Shown piece after piece: positions 1 to 6,548 of a stretch of DNA of 15,038 bases. The stretch is from Polyangiaceae bacterium (GTDB lineage: Bacteria > Myxococcota_A > Polyangia > Polyangiales > Polyangiaceae). Where the stretch lies: positions 1-15,038 of the forward strand of contig JBGANF010000172.1 in NCBI GenBank assembly GCA_044222475.1, written 5' to 3'. Position 1 is the first letter of the stretch. Each line of letters begins with the position of its first letter. Position numbers and translations under genes: made by a program. The notes beneath the pieces were generated by a model. That model saw only the letters and a program-made list of their open reading frames with translations. It made no database searches and was not told where the DNA came from.

Positions 1-464
1 AGACCGTGATCGACGGATCCACGCTCGAGTCGACGTCGCTCGCCGCGCACGACGTCCCGACCGTTGGGCCGCCCTCGAGCTGGCTGTTCGGCGTGATGCT
101 GGCCGGCGCGATCGCCCTCCTCTTCTTCGTCGCTTCGGCGCGCGCGCGCCAGAGCGAAGAGCTGGGCCTCGAAGGCGAGCACACCGGCAAGGGCTGGGTC
201 CGCTTCACCTCGAGCGCCCCGCGCTTCGTGCCCGCGCTCGTGGGCACCGAAGCCGGACCGGTGGTCTTCCGTGGCGCGGTCGAGGCGACCAGCTACCGTG
301 ACGACGGAGGGGCGAGCCATGGTTCGCCCGTCGCGCTCGGCACGCGAGAAACGCTCCGCGCCGAGGCGCACCAAGCGCGGGCCGCGTACTCGTGCCTCGC
401 GATCGCGGCCGCGATCCTGGCGCTGGCGCCGCTCGTCTCCGCCGCGATCTACGGCGTGCTCTGA
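1..464 (+). CDS. Hypothetical membrane protein, probably 5'-partial (C-terminal part)
   Basis: The frame is open to the window edge and ends at TGA 462-464. Two hydrophobic helices (WLFGVMLAGAIALLFFVA; AYSCLAIAAAILALAPLVSAAIYGVL) flank a soluble segment, and codon use is GC3-rich. No recognisable family. Confidence 0.7.
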   Translation, partial: TVIDGSTLESTSLAAHDVPTVGPPSSWLFGVMLAGAIALLFFVASARARQSEELGLEGEHTGKGWVRFTSSAPRFVPALVGTEAGPVVFRGAVEATSYRDDGGASHGSPVALGTRETLRAEAHQARAAYSCLAIAAAILALAPLVSAAIYGVL

Positions 465-955
465 GGAGGGGCTTGCGCCGCTCCGGATGCGTCGACCTTC
501 ATCCACATCGCGCTCTGCTCGCCGGTGTAGACGAGCGTCTCGCCCTGGAAGAACTTGAACTCGTACCGCGCGAACACGCTGCGATCGCTCTTCCGGATCT
601 GCGTGACCTTGCCTTCGAGGACGAGCGGCTCTCCGGGCTTTGCGAGCGCCTTGAACTTCGCGTCGTGGATGCGGCCGCCGTAGCCGATCCAGCCGTCTTT
701 GTGCTTGAGCCCGAGCACGTAGTACGCGTGCACGAACCCGAGCATCCCGGTCATGTGGACCATCAGCCCGCCGGACACGTGCCGCGGGTGGCGCACCGGG
801 TGGGCGCGCTGCTCACGGGTGAGCGGGAGATCTTCGTGGGTGTTCATCAACGCACGAACGACGTGCTTCTCGGCGTCGATCTCGAGGATCTCGTCGATGA
901 GAAACCCGCCGGGCCCGTACGGGCAGTCGGCGACGAACTCGGGGTCGAGCGGCAT
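449..955 (-). CDS. FabZ/FabA-like hotdog-fold protein (3-hydroxyacyl-ACP dehydratase-like, divergent active site)
   Basis: 168 aa. CPYGPGGFLIDEILEID resembles the FabZ N-terminal LPHRYPFLLVDRV motif. IHDAKFKALAKPGEPLVLEG resembles FabZ IDxARFxxPVxPGDxL. The 3' end overlaps the convergent gene by 16 nt. Confidence 0.75.
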   Translation of the reverse strand: MPLDPEFVADCPYGPGGFLIDEILEIDAEKHVVRALMNTHEDLPLTREQRAHPVRHPRHVSGGLMVHMTGMLGFVHAYYVLGLKHKDGWIGYGGRIHDAKFKALAKPGEPLVLEGKVTQIRKSDRSVFARYEFKFFQGETLVYTGEQSAMWMKVDASGAAQAPPQSTP

Positions 956-964
956 GGCGCCTAC

Positions 965-993
965 GACCTAGCGGACCAGGGTCAGCGGGTCAA
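965..993 (-). promoter_or_regulatory. Putative sigma70/SigA promoter of the hotdog gene (TTGACC-N17-TAGGTC)
   Basis: Minus strand reads TTGACC (993-988), a spacer of exactly 17 nt, then TAGGTC (970-965), 9 nt before ATG 955. Confidence 0.5.
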
Positions 994-996
994 ATG

Positions 997-1890
997 TCAG
1001 TCGACCGGCTCGACCTCGTGGAACTTCCGCATGTCGAGGAGCAACGACCCGTCGTCGCGGAAGGTGAGCATGTCGGCGAAGCGCGAGTCGAACCGGAAGT
1101 CCTTCGCCAAATAGCGCTTCCGCGCATGCACGGGCTGCAACGACGTGTCGTCGGTTCCGATGACCGTCACCAGGAGCTCGAGCTCGTCGGCTTCGAGCGA
1201 CTCCGGCGTCGCGCCGTGGAAGTAGCTCTCCTCGGTGATCGGGTGCATCGCTACCCACGAGCGGGTGAGCGCCGGAGAGCGCTCGCGGGCGAGCGGGAGA
1301 TCGAGCATCCGGTAGAACGTGCCTCCTTCGAGCAGCTTCTCGGTCTTGATGAAGGTGACTCGGACCATGGCCTCGAGGATTCGGTTTCCGCGCTCGTTGC
1401 CGATGCGGATCGACAGCGTCGGGACCCCGTTCATCGGCCCGACGACGACGTGATCTCCGAACGCGATGCGCGCCGATGGTTGGGCGAACTTCGCGAAGAC
1501 CAGCCCGGTCGCGAGCGCGGTCACCAGCAACCCGACGACCGCCTGCACCATCACGACGAAGTGGGCGAACGGCGTCGCCGGCTGCATCTCGCCGTAGCCG
1601 ATCGTGGAGAGCGTCTCGACGCTGAAGGCGAAGCAATCGAAGAAGGAGCCCGGGCGCGCGCCGGCGACACCGTTCGAGGCCCAGTAGACGAGCGCAAAGA
1701 CGGCATCGAGCCCGAGCACGAGCGCCACGATCGATCCGAGGGCGCGCCACCAAGGCGCGCGGAGGAACGAGTGATACGCGTCGCGGAACGTGCTCGAGGG
1801 CGCGCCGATGACGACGATCTCTTCGCCGTCGACGCTCTCTTTTCGCTCTCGATCTTCGCGTCGCACGGGTGCGCGCTTCCGCCGCTTCAC
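997..1890 (-). CDS. Inward-rectifier potassium channel (KirBac family)
   Basis: Pore helix and filter FAFSVETLSTIGYG, two TM helices, gate region ALATGLVFAKFAQPSARIAF, and a Kir cytoplasmic domain (RIGNERGN, WVAMHPITEES, DMRKFHEV). The GTG start directly abuts the upstream gene's TGA (1891-1893). Confidence 0.93.
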   Translation of the reverse strand: MKRRKRAPVRREDRERKESVDGEEIVVIGAPSSTFRDAYHSFLRAPWWRALGSIVALVLGLDAVFALVYWASNGVAGARPGSFFDCFAFSVETLSTIGYGEMQPATPFAHFVVMVQAVVGLLVTALATGLVFAKFAQPSARIAFGDHVVVGPMNGVPTLSIRIGNERGNRILEAMVRVTFIKTEKLLEGGTFYRMLDLPLARERSPALTRSWVAMHPITEESYFHGATPESLEADELELLVTVIGTDDTSLQPVHARKRYLAKDFRFDSRFADMLTFRDDGSLLLDMRKFHEVEPVD

Positions 1891-3084
1891 TCAGCCTCCG
1901 CTCGGGGTCTCGCTCTCGGCTTCGGAGAGTACCTGAGCCATGAAGTGGACGAGATCCCACTTTTCCCGAGCCGTCGGCTCGCCGTGCAGCTCGACGTGTT
2001 GGATCGCCTGGCTGACGAGCGCGTTCTCGACCGCGCCCAGGGGCGCGTCCACGGCGAGCCATCGCGTCTCCGACGGGGGGATCACGCTGTCACCGGCGCC
2101 GTGCAGGAGGAACACGCGCGCGCGGAGCCCGCTCAGGTTCCCATGCGGCGACACGCGCGCCATCATCGGCGCGCTCGTCTGAACGACGCGCAGGATCTCG
2201 GGCCCGAGCACGTCTTCGCGGTGGTCGAAGACGAGCTGCATCTTCGCCGCCGCTTCGGGGCTCAGCTCGAGGGCGAGCTTCTTCGCTTCGTCGAAGTTCT
2301 CGTGGAGGAGCTCGCGAAGGGCGTTGCGCGCCATCGGGACGTCGCGCTCGGTGAAGAAGCGGTCGACGTAGCCGTACATCAGGACCACCGCTCCGTAGTC
2401 GTGGGCCTTCATCGCGAGCTTCGCGCCCGACGGCTCGGCGATCTCGTCTTCGACGAAGAACCGCGCGACGCGCTCGAGGCTGTCGTGCGCGCCGACGGCG
2501 ACGACGAACGAGATCGACGACGCGTACCGCGGGTCGGCGGCGGCGAGGAGCGAGAGCCCACCCGCGAAGGAGAGCCCCATCACGCCGACCGACGTCTTCC
2601 CGCACCACCCGCGGAGGGTGATGGCCGCCCCGCCGATGTCGTCGATCGTCGCTGGATCGATGTGGTAGTCGGCGATCTCCGCGAGGAGCGGCGTGTAGAC
2701 CGCGATCCCGCTCTCGGCGATGGTGCGCGCGAAGCGCACGAGCCGCGGCTCGTCGATGCCTTTGTAGTGAACGCCGTGGGCGAGGACGATGCCGGGCGGA
2801 TCCTTCCGCCCGCGGGGCACGTAGAGCCGCCCATGGACCACGGCGTGGCCTTCGCGCGCAGCGTCGGCGGCGGGCGTGAAATCGAGCGCCTGCTCGTCGA
2901 CCTCGTAGGCGCCGAACGCGGCGAGGCCCGTCCGCGGGGCGTCGCCGGCGGTGAAGCGCGCGAGGAACGCCGCCGCGCGTACGTGCCCGTAGCCCGGGAT
3001 CGCGCCGAAGAGGACGACGAGCACCACGACCAGGCCGAGGCGACGCACGAGCTGCATGAACGGTGAACGCTTCCGTGCGGTCAT
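1891..3084 (-). CDS. Alpha/beta-fold hydrolase with N-terminal signal/membrane anchor
   Basis: Start re-assigned to ATG 3084 (GAGG SD; ATGA overlap with the upstream stop), giving 397 aa. Motifs: IVLAHG, nucleophile elbow GVMGLSFAGG, LLHGAGDSVIP (acid) and IQHVE (His). Basic-then-hydrophobic N-terminus (RRLGLVVVLVVLFGAIP). Confidence 0.85.
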   Translation of the reverse strand: MTARKRSPFMQLVRRLGLVVVLVVLFGAIPGYGHVRAAAFLARFTAGDAPRTGLAAFGAYEVDEQALDFTPAADAAREGHAVVHGRLYVPRGRKDPPGIVLAHGVHYKGIDEPRLVRFARTIAESGIAVYTPLLAEIADYHIDPATIDDIGGAAITLRGWCGKTSVGVMGLSFAGGLSLLAAADPRYASSISFVVAVGAHDSLERVARFFVEDEIAEPSGAKLAMKAHDYGAVVLMYGYVDRFFTERDVPMARNALRELLHENFDEAKKLALELSPEAAAKMQLVFDHREDVLGPEILRVVQTSAPMMARVSPHGNLSGLRARVFLLHGAGDSVIPPSETRWLAVDAPLGAVENALVSQAIQHVELHGEPTAREKWDLVHFMAQVLSEAESETPSGG

Positions 3085-3911
3085 CGCTTCCTCACGAGAA
3101 GCGGGATCTCGACCTTGCAGTCGCGGAGCAGGGCGAGCGCCTTCACGGCTTGACGGAGCGGCTTCGGGTCCTCGATCCCAAAAGAGTACCGGAGGATCGC
3201 CTCCCCACGCTCGATCGAGAGGCGGGCCGGGTCGACGCGAGCGATGGCGAGGAGCGCTTTGCGAACCGCCGGCCCGAGCCACGTCGCGATCGCCTCGTCG
3301 CTCCCCCGGACGGCGTACATCGAGTCGAACGCTTCGTCTCCGGTCGCGTTCGAGTGGAACAGCCCCGACGGGCCGACCTCGAGCTTCGGGCCGCCTACCG
3401 GTACGCCGGTCCCTACGACGAAGGTGAGCGCTTCGTCCGTGACCGCGGTGAGCCGCATCGGGTGCCCGGACCAGCGAAACGTCCCGTCGACGCGGCTCTC
3501 CGACGTCGCGAGCTCGACGTCCGTGGCGTCGGGCGGGAGCGCGCGGGCGACCTCGCGCTCGTCGACGGGACGTCCGCCGTAGAGGATCGACCCGACGTGC
3601 AGGTCGTCGGGCGCATCTCGGGGGCTCCCGAGCTCTCCTCGCAGCTCCGATGCGGCGGCGATGGCCCGACCGACGGCCTCGCTCAGCGCCCGTGCCCTGC
3701 CCTCGTAGTCGATCCAGAAGTCGATCGTCGCGTCGTCGCCCGGAGACTCTCCGTCGAGAGTCTCCCGCAGCTCGGCCATGCGCTCCACGAGGTCGCGGTC
3801 GAGGTGGGCGAGGAGAAAGCGCGTCAGGCGATCGTGCTCGTGGAGGGCTTGCTTCTTCGCCTCCTCGGCGCGCACGCGCTGGCCTTCTACGGACGTCCTG
3901 TACGGGTCCAC
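3081..3911 (-). CDS. Hypothetical protein (helical/coiled-coil N-half; TGDxxFD-containing C-half)
   Basis: Likely GTG start at 3911 (MDPYRTS..., 276 aa); the longer track ORF runs antisense into the CBS gene. Protein-like composition, stop coupled to the hydrolase start, and TAGACT 8 nt upstream. Confidence 0.7.
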   Translation of the reverse strand: MDPYRTSVEGQRVRAEEAKKQALHEHDRLTRFLLAHLDRDLVERMAELRETLDGESPGDDATIDFWIDYEGRARALSEAVGRAIAAASELRGELGSPRDAPDDLHVGSILYGGRPVDEREVARALPPDATDVELATSESRVDGTFRWSGHPMRLTAVTDEALTFVVGTGVPVGGPKLEVGPSGLFHSNATGDEAFDSMYAVRGSDEAIATWLGPAVRKALLAIARVDPARLSIERGEAILRYSFGIEDPKPLRQAVKALALLRDCKVEIPLLVRKR

Positions 3912-4003
3912 GACGGGTGAGTCTAGCCCGCAGGTCTTGCTCGGGTACGCAAAGGTTGCAGCACCGCGGCGACGAAAGTGGCCCGCCGCCCGACCCGCGC
4001 GCA

Positions 4004-4019
4004 CGGCACGCATGTTGTA
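4004..4019 (+). promoter_or_regulatory. Putative sigma54 (-24/-12) promoter for the CBS gene
   Basis: CGGCACG-CATG-TTGTA versus consensus TGGCACG-N4-TTGCW: correct spacing with two mismatches, one at the -12 C. Confidence 0.45.
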
Positions 4020-4031
4020 CATGTGCCCGCC

Positions 4032-4439
4032 ATGACCAAGGCGATCCCCACCGTGCAGAAGTACATGACGACGAACCCGCACTCGATCGGGCAGGAGCAG
4101 ACGCTCGCGAAAGCACACGAGATGATGCGCGAGCACAAGATCCGGCACCTGCCGGTGCTCGAGGGTGGGCGCCTCGTCGGCATGATCACGCTCCGCGACC
4201 TCCACCTCGTGGAGACCCTCAAGGACGTGGATCCGAAGAAGATCACCGTCGAGGACGCGATGAGCAGCACCGTCTACGCCATCGTGCCCGACGCCCCGCT
4301 CGACGACGTCGCCTCCGAGATGGCCGAGCACAAGTACGGATCGGCGGTCGTGATGCAGAACAACAAGGTCGTCGGCATTCTGACGACGGTGGACGTCTGT
4401 CGCGCGCTGGCGGAGCTCCTTCGCGGGCGGCTGAAGTAG
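4032..4439 (+). CDS. Stand-alone CBS-pair (Bateman module) protein
   Basis: ATG 4032, 135 aa. Two CBS repeats: VQKYMTTNPHSI...IRHLPVLEGGRLVGMITLRDL and VEDAMSSTVYAI...SAVVMQNNKVVGILTTVDV. Confidence 0.92.
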   Translation: MTKAIPTVQKYMTTNPHSIGQEQTLAKAHEMMREHKIRHLPVLEGGRLVGMITLRDLHLVETLKDVDPKKITVEDAMSSTVYAIVPDAPLDDVASEMAEHKYGSAVVMQNNKVVGILTTVDVCRALAELLRGRLK

Positions 4440-4442
4440 CGC

Positions 4443-5201
4443 TCAGGGGCCCGCGGCGGCGGCGGCGACGAAGAAGAGCATCCCGAGCACCATCAAGAGG
4501 GCGCCGAGGATGACGCCCACGATCGTGACGATGATCTGGACCATGAGCGAGGTGCTCAGCTTGTCGAGCGCCTGCATCATGTGCTGGACGTCGTTGCCTT
4601 GCGTCTGAACGACGCTCGTCAACGAGCCGGCGACGCCGAGGAAGACGATGCCGACGATGATGTCCTTGATGCCGCTCGCGAAGTTGGTGAGCAACGTCGG
4701 CGAGAGGAAGAAGAAGAAGCCCGACAACGTGTAGAGCGCACCGATGACGATCGAGATGATCCCCCACATCCGCGCGCGACCCGCGGCCTTGGCGATCACC
4801 GCGTTCTCCATGTCGTTGAACTCGTAGTTGCCGTAGCCGCCGTAGCTCACCTGCGGCATCGGCCCGCCGGGGTACTGCTGCTGCTGCATCGGCTGCTGCT
4901 GGCCGAACCCCGACGGCAGCGTGCCCGCGGGCGAACCGTACGGCGGTGGTTGACCGGGCGGCGGACCGTACGCCTGCGGCTGCGCTTGTTGCGGCTGATA
5001 CGGGGACTGTTGCGTCGCTTGGGGCAGGAACCCCTGCGGCGCCGGCTGCGGCGCCGGGCCGGGAGTCATCGGTGATTGCTCACCGAGGATCGTGGGCGCG
5101 TTCGCCAGGTTCGGCGCGCCCGGCGGACCGCCCGGTGGCTGCCCCGGCGGTTGCCCGTATCCCCCTCCCCCGCCTGGCGGCGGCTGCCATCCACCCTGCA
5201 T
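4443..5201 (-). CDS. Membrane protein with long Pro/Gly/Gln-rich disordered N-terminus and C-terminal multi-TM domain
   Basis: AGGAG SD 4 nt before ATG 5201. About 120 aa of P/G/Q low-complexity sequence is followed by YEFNDMENAVI and about 3 hydrophobic helices (loosely DUF5362-like; unverified). Confidence 0.82.
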   Translation of the reverse strand: MQGGWQPPPGGGGGYGQPPGQPPGGPPGAPNLANAPTILGEQSPMTPGPAPQPAPQGFLPQATQQSPYQPQQAQPQAYGPPPGQPPPYGSPAGTLPSGFGQQQPMQQQQYPGGPMPQVSYGGYGNYEFNDMENAVIAKAAGRARMWGIISIVIGALYTLSGFFFFLSPTLLTNFASGIKDIIVGIVFLGVAGSLTSVVQTQGNDVQHMMQALDKLSTSLMVQIIVTIVGVILGALLMVLGMLFFVAAAAAGP

Positions 5202-5260
5202 GCGACTCCTCTTCGTCAGAGTCGCCCGAAAACGCGACGCCGTCGAGCACGGTTTGTCGA

Positions 5261-6478
5261 TCAGCCCGCGTAGCCTTCCTCACCGTGCTGCGTCGTGTCG
5301 AGACCTTCGCGCTCGTCGCTCGCCGGCACGCGCAGCCCGATGAGCTTGTCGAGCACCGCGAGGATCCCCCACGTCACGACGACGGCGTAGGTGCCGCACA
5401 CGGCGCACGCGAGCGCTTGCGAGCCGAGCTGCTTGAAGTTGCCGAAGAGCGCGCCGTCGGCCCCGGTGTCGTTGAGGGACGCCTCCGCGAAGACGCCGGT
5501 GAGGAGCGCGCCGACCAGACCGCCGACGCCGTGGACGCCGAACGCGTCGAGCGAGTCGTCGTAGCCATACTTGTATTTTGCAAGTACTGCGGCGTAGCAC
5601 GCGAGGCTGGCGAGGACGCCGATCACGACCGCCGCCCACGGCGCGACGTAGCCGGCGGCCGGGGTGATGGCGACGAGGCCGGCGACGAGACCGGAGGCGA
5701 CTCCGAGCGCGGTGGGCTTCTTGCGGTGCCACCACTCGACGAGGAGCCAGCCGAGCGCGCCGCCCGCCGCGCCGAGGTGGGTCGTCATGAACGCGAGCGC
5801 GGCGATCGCGCCGCTCTTGAGCGCGCTCCCGCCGTTGAAGCCGAACCAGCCGAACCACAGGATGCCGGCGCCGGTGAGCGTCATCGTGAGGTTGTGCGGG
5901 AGCGGTCGCTCCTGCGGGTACTTGAGGCGCTTGCCGACGCGGATCGCGCACACGAGCGCCGAGAGGCCGGCGGTCAGGTGGATGACCGTGCCGCCCGCGA
6001 AGTCGAGCGCGTGGAGCTTGGCGAGCCAGCCGTCCGGGTTCCAGATCCAGTGAGCCACCGGATCGTAGACGAGCGTCGTCCACAGAAGGATGAAGGCGGC
6101 GTAGGCGGAGAAGCGCATGCGCTCGGCGATCCCACCCGAGATGAGCGCCGGCGTGATGACGGCGAACATCGCTTGGAACCCGACGAACGCGAGCGCGGGG
6201 ACGGTGTCGTGCTTCTCGAAGGCGAGGTGGCGGAGGCCCACGGCGGAGAAGTCTCCGATGTAGCCGCCGCGGGTCGCACCGAACGCGAGAGTGTAACCGA
6301 CGAGGGCGAACTGGACCGTGACGAGCGGGATCGCCGCCATCGAGTGCATGAACGTCGAGAGGACGTTCTTTTTTCGAACCATGCCGCCGTAGAACAGCGC
6401 GAGCGCCGGCGTCATCAAGAGGACGAGCGCCGCGCTCACGAGGAGCCACGCCGTATCGCCCGGGTCGATTCCCGTCAT
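5261..6478 (-). CDS. amtB: Ammonium transporter (Amt family)
   Basis: Signature motifs: GDTAW...LMTPALALFYGGMVRKKN, FQAMFAVITPALISGGIAER, DFAGGTVIH (His1), LWFGWFGFNGGS, GLVAITPAAG, DDSLDAFGVHGVGG (His2), EREGLD...HGEEGY. Confidence 0.98.
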   Translation of the reverse strand: MTGIDPGDTAWLLVSAALVLLMTPALALFYGGMVRKKNVLSTFMHSMAAIPLVTVQFALVGYTLAFGATRGGYIGDFSAVGLRHLAFEKHDTVPALAFVGFQAMFAVITPALISGGIAERMRFSAYAAFILLWTTLVYDPVAHWIWNPDGWLAKLHALDFAGGTVIHLTAGLSALVCAIRVGKRLKYPQERPLPHNLTMTLTGAGILWFGWFGFNGGSALKSGAIAALAFMTTHLGAAGGALGWLLVEWWHRKKPTALGVASGLVAGLVAITPAAGYVAPWAAVVIGVLASLACYAAVLAKYKYGYDDSLDAFGVHGVGGLVGALLTGVFAEASLNDTGADGALFGNFKQLGSQALACAVCGTYAVVVTWGILAVLDKLIGLRVPASDEREGLDTTQHGEEGYAG

Positions 6479-6503
6479 CGGCAGGCGAAGCTAGCGGGCG
6501 CCA

Positions 6504-6520
6504 TGTTTCGGGGGTGTTTC
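6504..6520 (-). promoter_or_regulatory. 11-bp-period direct repeat GAAACA-N5-GAAACA upstream of amtB (candidate OmpR/GlnR-type binding site)
   Basis: TGTTTC occurs at 6504-6509 and 6515-6520 on the + strand. It lies over the expected -35 position of a TAGCTT -10 (6493-6488). Confidence 0.5.
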
Positions 6521-6548
6521 ACGGCGAATTCGCCTATCGTGCGGCGTC

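Noticed and set aside
4436..4446. Intrinsic terminators between convergent gene pairs (also 449-464 and 7343-7349)
   Set aside because: The stops abut or overlap, and no hairpin plus U-tract is visible.
4870..5190. CTG/GGC-type short tandem repeats as a repeat element or array
   Set aside because: They simply encode the Gln/Pro/Gly low-complexity protein region; there is no repeat-spacer structure.
6490..6504. Possible sigma54 promoter for amtB (TGGCGCCCGCTAGC on the minus strand)
   Set aside because: GG-to-GC spacing is 9 nt rather than the required 10.
6515..6530. parS-like sequence TGTTTCACG...
   Set aside because: Only the left half matches TGTTTCACGTGAAACA; the right half (GCGAATT) breaks the palindrome.
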